In this document: positions 1 to 10,945 of the stretch, in pieces
How the letters are laid out: each line of letters begins with the position of its first letter
How positions within the stretch are numbered: the stretch's first letter is position 1
Origin: Candidatus Eiseniibacteriota bacterium
GTDB taxonomy: Bacteria > Eisenbacteria > RBG-16-71-46
Length of the DNA: 64,000 nucleotides
Reading direction: 5' to 3'
Assembly (NCBI GenBank): GCA_044223005.1
Contig: JBGAML010000009.1
Span: 64,001-128,000, forward strand
Position numbers and translations under genes: made by a program
Notes under the pieces: model-generated
Told to the model about the DNA's origin: nothing
Seen by the model: only the letters and a program-made list of their open reading frames with translations
The model's database searches: none

Positions 1-1
1 G

Positions 2-1390
2 TTCGCGCTCACCGAGGACGAAGTCGGCTCCGATCCGGCGCGCATGACCACGACCGCGATCCCGACGGCGGACGGCAGCGCGTACGTCCTGAACGGCCAG
101 AAGCTCTGGATCACCAACGGAACGGTCGCCGAACTCATGGTCGTGATGGCCCGCACTCCGGGCCGCGACGGCAAGCCGGGGCCGATCTCGGCGTTCGTCG
201 TCGAGTCGAGCTGGCCGGGTGTCGAGGTCGCGAAGCGGCTCGAGTTCATGGGCGTGCGCGGCATCGAGAACGCGGTGCTCAAGTTCACCGACGTGCGGGT
301 GCCGAAGGAGAACCTGCTCTGGGGCGAGGGCAAGGGCCTGAAGCTCGCGCTCATCACGCTCAACACCGGCCGTCTCACGCTGCCCGCCGGCATGGCCGCG
401 ACGGGCAAGTGGTGCCTCAACATCTGCCGGCAGTTCGCCAACGAGCGCAAGCAGTGGGGCAAGCCGGTCGGCCAGCACGACGCGATCGCGCAGATGCTCG
501 CCAAGATGGCCGCCGACACGTACGCGATGGAAGCGGTCGCCGACCTGGGCTGCCTGCTCGCCGATCGCGGCAAGGCCGACATCCGGCTCGAGGCCGCGAT
601 CGCCAAGATGTGGAACACGGACCTCGCGTGGGCGCTGACCGACGACGCGATGCAGATCCGCGGCGGCCGCGGCTACGAGACGGCCGCGAGCCTCGCCTCG
701 CGCGGCGAGGCGCCGATCCCGCTCGAGCGGATCATGCGCGACCTGCGCATCAACCGCATCTTCGAGGGCTCGAACCAGGTGATGCGGCTCTTCATCGCGC
801 GCGAGGCGCTCGACGTGCACCTCAAGGTCGCGGGCGACGTGGTGATGCCCGGCGTGCCCATGGGCCGCCGGCTGTCGGGTCTCGTGCGCGCAGGCTTCTT
901 CTACGCGGGCTGGTACCCGTCGCGCTGGCTGGGCTGGGGCCGCTGGCCGCAGTACGGCGAGTTCGGCGCGCTCGCGGATCACGTGCGCTGGATCGAGCGC
1001 ACGTCGCGGCGGCTCGCGCGTCAGGTGTTCCATCTCATGGTGACGAACGGGCCCGCGCTCGAGCGGCGCCAGTCGCAGCTCTTCCGCGCCGTCGACGTGG
1101 GCGCGGAGCTGTTCGCGATGGCGGCCACGTGCTCGCGCGCGATGCGCGACACGCGGCAGGGCCGCGGCGAAGGCACGGCGATCGAGCTGGCGGACACGTT
1201 CTGCCAGGCGGCCCGCCGGCGCGCCGAGGCGAGCTTCGCAGCGATCGGGTCCAACGACGACGTCGCGAACTACCAGACGGCGAAGGGCGTGCTCGCCGGC
1301 CGCTACGGCTGGCTCGAGTCGGGCGTCGTGCTCGCGCCGCACGAGGCGCCGGCCGAGTCCGGGCGCACGCGCGGCGCCGCGGCGCAGTAA
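2..1390 (+). CDS. Acyl-CoA dehydrogenase (VLCAD/ACAD9-like with C-terminal extension), 5'-truncated by the window edge
   Basis: Frame is open from nt 2 (FALTEDEVGSD). Motifs LNGQKLWITNG, AMQIRGGRGY and RINRIFEGSN (catalytic Glu region). Confidence 0.92.
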   Translation, partial: FALTEDEVGSDPARMTTTAIPTADGSAYVLNGQKLWITNGTVAELMVVMARTPGRDGKPGPISAFVVESSWPGVEVAKRLEFMGVRGIENAVLKFTDVRVPKENLLWGEGKGLKLALITLNTGRLTLPAGMAATGKWCLNICRQFANERKQWGKPVGQHDAIAQMLAKMAADTYAMEAVADLGCLLADRGKADIRLEAAIAKMWNTDLAWALTDDAMQIRGGRGYETAASLASRGEAPIPLERIMRDLRINRIFEGSNQVMRLFIAREALDVHLKVAGDVVMPGVPMGRRLSGLVRAGFFYAGWYPSRWLGWGRWPQYGEFGALADHVRWIERTSRRLARQVFHLMVTNGPALERRQSQLFRAVDVGAELFAMAATCSRAMRDTRQGRGEGTAIELADTFCQAARRRAEASFAAIGSNDDVANYQTAKGVLAGRYGWLESGVVLAPHEAPAESGRTRGAAAQ

Positions 1391-1436
1391 CCCGCCACCC
1401 GCACCCGACGGGTTGTGCTCGGAAGATTGCAGGTGA

Positions 1437-1469
1437 TCGGGGCCCGCACCCTCGTGGTGCGGGCCCCGA
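1437..1469. terminator. GC-rich hairpin (14-bp stem, 5-nt loop) between the convergent acyl-CoA dehydrogenase and transposase genes
   Basis: TCGGGGCCCGCACC-CTCGT-GGTGCGGGCCCCGA, followed on + by ACCGTTTT. Confidence 0.6.
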
Positions 1470-1488
1470 ACCGTTTTCCGGCCTTCCA

Positions 1489-2545
1489 CTACATCGCGTA
1501 CTTCCGGAACGCCCGGTCCCCGTTCGGGATCTCGCGCGTCTCGATCTCGCGCCAGTAGTACTGCCGCCAGCGCTCCGGCACCGCGAGCCGCCCTGGGAAC
1601 AGCCGCCCATGCAGCATTTCCCTCACGGTCTGCGGTCGGTCCATCAGCTGCAGCCGCATCGCGGGTGTCTCCGTATGGGCTCGCTCGCTGAAGTACTTGC
1701 CGTAGTTCCGCCACACCAGGAACCACCACAGCCGCTCCACCGCCGCCTGCCGCCGCTTCGAGAACGCGATCGTCTCGCATGTCCAGCAGGTTCACTTCGA
1801 ACAGCGGATTCCGAGGTGTGCGCGCCGCGCGTGAGCTGATCGTGTGGTGCGCGATCGCGTGGTGCTTCAGGTGCCGGATCGCGCGCGGGTAGTCGCTGTG
1901 CTCGTCCGTGTAGAGCTCCAGCGCCTGCACCTGCGGCAGCGTGAGCTGGAGCAGGCCCGCCACCTCGCGCTCGATGCTGCGCGGGGCGGGGCGGCCCCAC
2001 TTCTCCTCCAGCTCCGTCCGGCGTCGCTTCTGGCGCTTCGTCATCTGGCCGCTTCTGCGCAGCTCCGAGTCAGCGAACCCGTAGAAGAAGTGGCTCACCC
2101 GCCCGGCCAACAAGTGAAAGAGCGTCGGGTGGTACTGGCTGTACTCGAAGCTCTGGAACGAATCCAGCGCCAGCGGCTCCTGGATGGGGCCCTTGGGGCC
2201 GTGCGCGACGTGGTAGAGCAGCGCGTGGCGCCCCAGCCGGATGGCGAGGTTCATGATCGACTGGGGCGAGGCCTTGAACTCGCGCGCGATCTGGCGCAGG
2301 GCCGAGCCACCCAGGAGCCGGTGGGCGACCGGGATCAGCCGCTTGGGATAGCGGAGCCAGTAGGTGGTGGCGAAGGTCTGGGTGGAGAAGTTGCGCCCAC
2401 AGTGGTCACAGCGGAAACGGGGGATGCGCCGGGGGCTGGCCTGGCGGGTGTAGTAGCCGGCGTGGGACCAGCGCCACAAGGCGCGTTCGGCCTTGTGGTA
2501 GCGACAGCGCGGGTTGGGGCAGAACGGCGGGATGAAGGTCGTCAT
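1489..2545 (-). pseudogene. IS1-family-like DDE transposase, frameshifted near nt 1777
   Basis: Hand translation from ATG 2545 gives MTTFIPPFCPNPRC...RFRCDHCGRNFS (Zn finger), SALRQIAREF (HTH), LALDSFQSFE and LYTDEHSDY (two acidic motifs) up to NPLFEVNLLDM (1778). The protein continues one base out of frame as ETIAFSKRRQAAVERLWWFLVWRNY...KYAM* (1776-1489), matching the IS1-type TxxFSK segment. Confidence 0.75.
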
Positions 2546-2558
2546 GCCGGAGGATCAC

Positions 2559-2575
2559 TGCATCCCCCGCGCCAG
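2559..2575 (-). promoter_or_regulatory. Putative sigma54 (-24/-12) promoter upstream of the transposase
   Basis: Minus strand reads CTGGCGCG-GGGG-ATGCA with exact GG-N10-GC spacing versus consensus TGGCACG-N4-TTGCW. ATG lies 14 nt after the GC. Confidence 0.5.
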
Positions 2576-2650
2576 CTGCATTCTTCCGAGCACAACGCTC
2601 GCGACGCTCCGGCTGGACGCACCGGCCGGGGCGTCGCACACTGTCCGGAT

Positions 2651-4196
<1,546 letters not shown>

Positions 4197-4213
<17 letters not shown>

Positions 4214-6800
4214 CGGCGCCGCGCGCGCGGGCGATACGCTCGCGCACTACCGCCTGATCGAGCGCATCGGCGCCGGCGGCATGGGCGAGGTCTGGCGCGC
4301 GTTCGACACGACGCTCGAACGCGAGGTCGCGATCAAGCGCCTGCCGGCGGAGCTGGCGGCCGATCCCGACGCGCGCGACGCGCTCGTGCGCGAAGCGCGC
4401 ACGGCCTCGAAGCTCGCGCACCCGAACGTGTGCGTCGTGCACGAAGTGGGCGTGACGGGCGACGTGGTCTACGTCGCCATGGAACGGATCGAGGGCGCCA
4501 CGCTGGAGGCACTGCTGCCGCCCGCGGGCTGGTCCGACGAAGTCGTCGCGCGCGACGGCGCCGCGATCGCGCGCGCGCTCGCGCACGCGCACGCGCGCGG
4601 CGTCGTGCACCGGGACTTGAAGCCCGCGAACGTCATGATCACGCCCGAAGGCACCGTCAAGCTGCTCGACTTCGGGCTCGCGCGTGCGCTGCCGGCGGGC
4701 GGCGGCGCCGCGGGCGCCACGACCACGGGTGTGGTCGCGGGCACGCCGCAGTACCTCGCACCCGAGGTCCTCATGGGCGGGCGCGCGACGCCGGCGAGCG
4801 ATCTCTGGGCGCTCGGCGCGCTGCTCCACCAGATGGCGTCGGGCCGGCCCGCGTTCGCGGGCGACACCGTCGGCGTCGTGGTGACCGCGATCCTGCACGG
4901 CGAACCCGCGCCGCTGCCGGCGCACGTGGGCGAGGGGCTGCGCGACGTGATCCGCCGCTGCCTCGCGCGCGATCCGGCGGTGCGCCCCGCGGACGCGGCC
5001 GAGATCGCCGCCGCACTCGAGGCGGTGCGCGCGGGCAGCGCACCGTCGCCGCGGCCCGCGCCCGCCGTGGCGCCGCCGGCGGCGCCACTCACGCATCCCG
5101 CGCGCCGCGTGGTCCTCGCGCTCGTGCTGCTCGCGGCGGTGGTGCTCGCGTGGCGGTACTGGGGGCCCGGGACGCACGTGTTCGCCGGCCGCGCGCGCAC
5201 CGTGATGGTCCTGCCGTTCGAGGTCCGCGGCAGCGTCGAGGGCTCGGCATTCGCGGGTCGCGCGTTCGCGGAGGCGCTGGCCGCCGGGCTGGCGCAGTCG
5301 CGCGAGCTGCGCGTCGTGCCGGTGCCGCCCGAGGCGGAACTGCCGGCGCCGGGATCGCGTGCGCAGGCGCGCGTCGCCGTCGAGGCGGGTGCGGGCCGTC
5401 TGGTGACCGGCGTGGTGGAGCGCGAGGGCGATTCGCTGCGCGCCGAGCTGCAGATCGTCGACGCCGGCGAGCGGCGCGTGCTCGGCGCCGCGATGCGCCG
5501 CGGCGCGCCCGAGGACCTGCCGCGGCTCGCGGCGCTGCTCGCGCTCGACGTGGCCGACCAGCTGGGGACGCCGCCGCCGCATCGCTACGAGTCGGTGATG
5601 CTCGCGACGGGTTCGCCCGCGCTCGCGGGCTCGCCGGTGTGGATCGAGGCGCTCGGGGCGCTGCGCCGCTGGGACGTGCCGCTGGGGCTCGAGTCCACGC
5701 AGCGCCTGGTCGCCGCGTTCCCGGGCGAGCCCGACGCGCGCGCACTGCGGCTCGCCGCGCTGCTCGCCGCCGCGCGTGCGCCCGGCGCCCGCGCGGACGT
5801 GACGCGCGAGATCACGGCGCAGGCGGACACGCTCGAGCGGATCGACCCGCGCACGCCGTGGGCGCCGGTGGCGCGCGCCATCGCGGGCCCCGAGCCCGCG
5901 GAGCGCCGCGCGGCCGCGCTCGGCCGCGTGCTCGGCCGGCGCGACCTGACGCCGGCGGCGCGCGCGTCCGTCTACACGCTGCGCGCCGACCTGCGCGGCG
6001 CGGTGCTGCACGACGTCGCGGGGGCGCTCGACGACGCCTCGCGCGCCATGGCGCTGGATCCGGCGAGCGACCTCGCGCTCTCGACGCAGGCGCGCTGGTA
6101 CTCGGCGGCTGGCCGCGATTCCGAGGCCGTGGATCGCCTGCACCGCGCGCTCGCGCTCAATCCCACGCTCGCCGACTACTGGCTCCAGCTCGCGCATGCG
6201 GAACTGCGTCGCGGCCGGGCCGACGAGACCGCGGCGGCCTACGCGCGCGCAGCCGCGGTGTCGCGCGACGAGTTCGCCGTGCGGCTCGACCAGTGGCGCG
6301 CGCTCGCGGCGCTCGGGCGCTGGGAGGAAGCCGAACTCTGCGCGCAGCGCCTGCGCGAGCTGCGTCCCGACGATCCCGCACCGGCGCTGCGCGCCGCGTG
6401 GGCGCAGATGCGGCTCGCGCACTGGGCCGATGCCGCCGACGCGCTCGCCCGCGCGTGCGCGCTCGGCGAGCCGGACGCGTGCGCGCTGCGCGGCGCCGTC
6501 GCGTCGGTCGTCGCGATGCGGCCGGGATCGCGGCCGCCGGCGATCGCGCCGGGTGCGGCGACGGCGGAGCGCTCCGGGGCGTACGTGCAGGCCGTGCTCT
6601 ACGCGCGCGCGGGTGCCCGCTCGGGTGCGATCGCGATGCTGCGTGCCGCGGCGTCCCGCGGCGAGGTGGAGCCGGCGCTCGCCCGCGATCCCAACTTCGA
6701 GGCGTTGCGCGGCGATCCGGCGTTCGACGCGCTCGTCGCGACCGCCACGTCCGTGCCGCCCGGTGCACGCGCCCGCGCGTGGGGCGCGCTGGAGCGTTAG
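4197..6800 (+). CDS. Hanks-type Ser/Thr protein kinase with TM helix and extracytoplasmic TolB-like/TPR region
   Basis: IGAGGMGEV, VAIK, HRDLKPAN, DFG, GTPQYLAPE; TM segment VVLALVLLAAVVLAW; TVMVLPF domain; TPR-like repeats. ATG 4197 overlaps the activator's end. Confidence 0.9.
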
Positions 6801-8251
6801 GGCGAAGGCGTCACCACGCGCAGCTCCACCGGTGCGCGGCGCCAGAGCGCGGTGGGCGCGGCGGCGTGGAAGCGCGCGACCGCCCACGCGCCGGCACGCG
6901 ATGCGACGCCGCTGCGCACCGCGGCGCGATCGGCGTCGACGCACCAGAGCCGCGTGCCCGCGGCGGCCGCGGCGTCGAAGTCGCGGGCGCGCCACAGCAC
7001 CGAGTCCGGGATCACGAGCCCGCCCTCGGCGTAGTGCACGCGCTCGCCGTCGCGCAGCAGCAGCCGGCTCCGCAGTTCCGGCGCGTGGTGCAGGAAGAAG
7101 AGCAGCGTGTGCGACTCGGCGTGCACGACCACGTCGCCGGGCCGGGCCGCCTCGCGGACGCGCTCGAGCGCGCCCGCGGCGCCCCGCACTTCGTCCGACG
7201 GCGCGGCACGCCACGCCGCGACCAGCGCGAGCACGAGCGCGACCGTGCCGCCCGCCCACCGCACGGCGCGCCAGGGCAGCTGCGCAAAGCCGGCGGCCGC
7301 GGCCATCAGCAGCAGCGGGATCACCACGAACGCATCGGGCGGCAGGATCACGACCCACACGCGCTTGAGCACGAGCGGCACGGCCGCGAGCGAGAGCACC
7401 AGCGCGACGCGCCGGCGCGAACGGGTGCGGACGAGCGCGAACGCCGCCAGCAGGCCGCCGACCAGCGCGCCGCGGAACGTGTGGTAGCCGGTGATGCGGA
7501 TCAGGTGCTCGAGCTGCGCCGGTGTGGGGAAGTGGAAGAACCGCGCCGAGCCCTCGCGCGCGAACTGGTGGCGGAAGGTCGCGAGCTGCGGCAGAGCGGC
7601 GGCGATCGGCACGAGCTGCAGCGCGAGCCATGTCCGCAGCCCCGCGCGGTCGCCGCGGAGCCGCAACGCGGTCGCGGCGGCGATCGCGATCACCATCGCG
7701 GTCGCGACGTACGACGTGTAGCTGGTGAGCGCCGCCACCGCGATCCAGCCGGCGGCGTCGCGCGTCCGGCGGCGCTCGAACCACGCGAGCGCGAAGTGGA
7801 GCGCGGCGTACGTGCAGAGCCACTCGAACGGCCACACGTCGACGGCCTGCCCGAACGGCACCAGCGCCGGATGGAGCGCGGTCAGCGCCGCGGCGAGCAG
7901 GCCGACGCCAGTGCCGAAGAGCCGCTGCCCCGAGCGCCAGACGAACACGGGCACCCACGCGGCGACGAGGATCGAGAGCGCACGCTGCACGCCGTCGCCG
8001 TCGCCGAAGCAGCCGGACCACGCGTGCCGCAGCAGGAACGTGAGCGGCGGATGGATGTCGTCGCGCACGATCGCGAGCACCTGCGGCAGGGGCGGGTCGC
8101 TCATGCGCGTGACGCAGATCTCGGCGAAGTCGGCCGGCGTGCGCAGCGAGTCGCGGACCATGGCCGCGACGCCGGCGAGCATGACGCCGGTAGCGGCGAG
8201 CAACTCCCACGCACGGGGCCCCGCGGGGGCCGGGCGCTCGGCCTTCGACAT
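6797..8251 (-). CDS. GT-C fold membrane glycosyltransferase (GT39/ArnT-like)
   Basis: DDIHPPL motif after the first TM helix and many hydrophobic segments. Start chosen at MSKAERP (GGAG upstream). Confidence 0.65.
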   Translation of the reverse strand: MSKAERPAPAGPRAWELLAATGVMLAGVAAMVRDSLRTPADFAEICVTRMSDPPLPQVLAIVRDDIHPPLTFLLRHAWSGCFGDGDGVQRALSILVAAWVPVFVWRSGQRLFGTGVGLLAAALTALHPALVPFGQAVDVWPFEWLCTYAALHFALAWFERRRTRDAAGWIAVAALTSYTSYVATAMVIAIAAATALRLRGDRAGLRTWLALQLVPIAAALPQLATFRHQFAREGSARFFHFPTPAQLEHLIRITGYHTFRGALVGGLLAAFALVRTRSRRRVALVLSLAAVPLVLKRVWVVILPPDAFVVIPLLLMAAAAGFAQLPWRAVRWAGGTVALVLALVAAWRAAPSDEVRGAAGALERVREAARPGDVVVHAESHTLLFFLHHAPELRSRLLLRDGERVHYAEGGLVIPDSVLWRARDFDAAAAAGTRLWCVDADRAAVRSGVASRAGAWAVARFHAAAPTALWRRAPVELRVVTPSP

Positions 8252-8440
8252 GCGCGTCTCCGCGCCGGAGGGCGTGAGGGATCCGGAGGGCCGTCGCGCT
8301 CGCGCGCGTGCGAGGGTGGGGAGTGTCTCGCGGCCTCTCCCGCGGAGCGAGCATACCAAGCCCGCGGACGGCGGCGTCCGGGCCGCGAAAAGCCTGCCGA
8401 AACCCCCGGAAGGGAGCCCGAACCGGCCCGCATGGCGTTA

Positions 8441-8469
8441 TTGCCCCGGGGGGGCGGCTCGTGCACAAT
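8441..8469 (+). promoter_or_regulatory. Putative sigma70 promoter for the ftsK operon
   Basis: TTGCCC-N17-CACAAT with TG immediately upstream of the -10. Confidence 0.35.
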
Positions 8470-8599
8470 GCTCCCGCGTCCGCCAGGGAGGCGAGGCGCG
8501 CGGCGGGGGCCGCTCCCGGGCCCCGGCGCCGTGGATGGGGCCGCCGCGCGGCGGGGTCCAAGCCAATGACCTGCTACGGGATTGCGCTCGCGAGTTCCA

Positions 8600-10945
8600 G
8601 TGGCTTCTAAGATCTCCGGTCGACGACAGCAACAGATCCTCGCCGTCCTGCTGGGTGCCCTCGCGGTGCTCGCGGCGGCCAGCGTCGCGACGTTCCGGCT
8701 CCCGGCACCCGAACAGGCGCCCTGGGACACGCCCAACGCCTGCGGGCCGGTCGGGGCGCTGCTCGCCTACGGACTCGTCTGGGCGCTCGGGCGCGCCGCG
8801 GCGTTCGGCGTGCCGCTCCTGGCGTTCGCGTGGGGGTGGAACCGCCTGCGCTCGAACGCCGCCTGGCCGCTCGTCGTGGTGACGGCGCTCGGCAGCCTGA
8901 TGGTGTTCGAGATCTGCACGCTCTTCGGTCTCGGCGGCCTCGACCGCTGGACGTGGGCCGGCGGCTGGGGCCTCGCGGGCGGCATGGCGCTGCACGCCGC
9001 ACTCGGCGCGGTCGGCTCGTGGATCGTCGCCGGCGCTCTGCTGTTCGTGACCGCCCTCGCCGCGAGCGAACTCGGCTTCCACTGGATCGCCCACCTCGCG
9101 CACGGACTCGTGCTGCGGCCCGCGAAGGGCGTCGCCGGCGGTGTCGCCGGGGCGTGGGGCGCATGGCAGGAGCGTCGCGCCGAGGCCGCGAAGCAGGCGG
9201 CGAAGGCCGCGAAGGCCGACGGCAAGAAGAAGAAGGAGAAGCCGGAGAAGCCCGTGCCCGTGCCGGTCGCCGCCAATGGCGCGTCGGCCGCGGCCGCCGA
9301 GGCCGCGCCCGCGCCGCGCATCGCCAGCAGCGTCGCCGTCGCCGAAGCCGACCCCGACGAGGACGAGGGCGACGACGCGCCGGTGCGTACGGTGCCGCCG
9401 CCGGTCATCAAGAAACAGGCGCCGCCCAAGGTGAAGTCGCTCGAGCCGCCGCGGCCCACGGGCCCCGTGCCGACCGAGGCGCTGCCGCCGCTCTCGCTGC
9501 TCGAGCTGCCGGGCCAGCCCGAGGACCTCGTCACCACGGCGGACCTGACCGCGCAGGCCAACCTGCTCGTCACCAAGCTGGGCGAGTTCGACATCGAGGG
9601 CCGCGTCACCGAGATCCACCCCGGGCCGGTCGTGACCATGTTCGAGGTCGAGCCGGCGGCGGGCGTCAAGATGAACCAGATCGTGGCGCTCGAGGACGAC
9701 CTGGCGCTGGCCCTGCGCGCGAGCCGGATCCGCGTGATCGCCCCGCTGCCCGGCCGCGGCACGGTCGGCGTCGAGATCCCGAACCCGCGCCGCCGTACGG
9801 TGTATCTCCGGGAGGTGCTGTCGTCCGATGCCTACGTCAAGAACGGCGCCTCGCTCAAGGTGCCGCTCGGCGTGGACGTGAACGGCAACTCGTTCATCGC
9901 CGACCTCACCAAGATGCCCCACGTCCTGATCGCGGGTTCGACCGGCGCGGGAAAAAGCGTCTGCCTGAACACGGTGATCACCGGTCTGCTCTTCCAGCAC
10001 GACCCCACGGCCCTGCAGATGGTGATGATCGACCCGAAGATGGTGGAGCTCTCCATGTTCAACGGCATCCCGCACCTGGTGATGCCGGTCGTGACCGAGC
10101 CCAAGAAGGCCTCGCGCGCCCTGCGCTGGGCGGTGGGCGAGATGGAGAAGCGCTACAAGCTGCTCGCGAGCTGTGGCGCGCGGAACATCAACACGTACAA
10201 CGAGCGCATCGCCGAGGGGAAGGTGCCGGTGCCCGAGGGCGAGGCGAAGCCGCCGGAGCGGCTCGGCTACGTGGTCGTGATCGTCGACGAGCTCGCCGAC
10301 CTCATGCTCACCGCGCCCGCCGAGATCGAGGAGCCGATCGCGCGGCTCGCGCAGATGGCGCGCGCCGTCGGCATCCATCTCGTGCTCGCGACCCAGCGGC
10401 CGTCGGTCGACGTCATCACCGGCGTCATCAAGGCGAACTTCCCCTCGCGGATCGCCTTCCGCGTCGCGTCCAAGACCGACTCGCGCACGGTGCTCGACAT
10501 GAACGGCGCCGAGAACCTGCTCGGCATGGGCGACATGCTCTTCCTGCCGATGGGCAAGGCGGATCCGTACCGCGTCCACGGCTGCTTCGTGTCCGAGGCC
10601 GAGACGACGCGCGTCGTCGACTTCTGGCGCGCCAAGGCCGCCGCGGCCGCCGCGCCGGCGCCGCCGCCACTCGCCACCGACGTCAACATTCCCGAGACCG
10701 ACGAGGAGGAGGCGGAGGACTCGTTCATGGACGACGAGTTGATCCCCGAGGCCGCGAAGCTCGTGGTGATGCACAACCAGGGTTCCACCTCGCTGCTCCA
10801 GCGCCGGCTCAAGGTGGGCTACTCGCGCGCCGGCCGGCTCATGGACCAGCTCGAGCAGCTCGGCGTCGTGGGCCCGTTCAACGGCAGCAAGGCGCGGGAC
10901 GTGCTCGTGGACCAGAACTGGCTCCAGCAGCGGGGATTCGAGTGA
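8600..10945 (+). CDS. ftsK: DNA translocase FtsK
   Basis: N-terminal TM helices, PHVLIAGSTGAGKS, MIDPKMVEL, VDELADLM, LATQRPSVDVITG and gamma domain STSLLQRRLKVGYSRAGR. Start is GTG 8600 or TTG 8582. Confidence 0.96.
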   Translation: MASKISGRRQQQILAVLLGALAVLAAASVATFRLPAPEQAPWDTPNACGPVGALLAYGLVWALGRAAAFGVPLLAFAWGWNRLRSNAAWPLVVVTALGSLMVFEICTLFGLGGLDRWTWAGGWGLAGGMALHAALGAVGSWIVAGALLFVTALAASELGFHWIAHLAHGLVLRPAKGVAGGVAGAWGAWQERRAEAAKQAAKAAKADGKKKKEKPEKPVPVPVAANGASAAAAEAAPAPRIASSVAVAEADPDEDEGDDAPVRTVPPPVIKKQAPPKVKSLEPPRPTGPVPTEALPPLSLLELPGQPEDLVTTADLTAQANLLVTKLGEFDIEGRVTEIHPGPVVTMFEVEPAAGVKMNQIVALEDDLALALRASRIRVIAPLPGRGTVGVEIPNPRRRTVYLREVLSSDAYVKNGASLKVPLGVDVNGNSFIADLTKMPHVLIAGSTGAGKSVCLNTVITGLLFQHDPTALQMVMIDPKMVELSMFNGIPHLVMPVVTEPKKASRALRWAVGEMEKRYKLLASCGARNINTYNERIAEGKVPVPEGEAKPPERLGYVVVIVDELADLMLTAPAEIEEPIARLAQMARAVGIHLVLATQRPSVDVITGVIKANFPSRIAFRVASKTDSRTVLDMNGAENLLGMGDMLFLPMGKADPYRVHGCFVSEAETTRVVDFWRAKAAAAAAPAPPPLATDVNIPETDEEEAEDSFMDDELIPEAAKLVVMHNQGSTSLLQRRLKVGYSRAGRLMDQLEQLGVVGPFNGSKARDVLVDQNWLQQRGFE

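Larger units (their letters stand above)
1412..2596 (-). mobile_element. IS1-like insertion sequence (1185 bp) bounded by 24-bp terminal inverted repeats
   Basis: Left end 1412-1435 GTTGTGCTCGGAAGATTGCAGGTG; right end 2573-2596 reverse-complements to GTTGTGCTCGGAAGAATGCAGCTG (22/24 identical). They enclose one transposase-like gene. No target-site duplication is evident. Confidence 0.75.

Noticed and set aside
1400..2610. Target-site duplication flanking the IS
   Set aside because: Flanks (CCCGACGG / GCTCGCGA) do not form a direct repeat.
1844..2650. N-terminal 269 aa of the 789-aa ORF
   Set aside because: Antisense shadow of the transposase; the activator most plausibly starts at ATG 2651.
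8830..10941. Apparent 1167-aa RimO fusion
   Set aside because: The upstream part is an alternative frame of ftsK; RimO starts at the GTGA overlap (10942).
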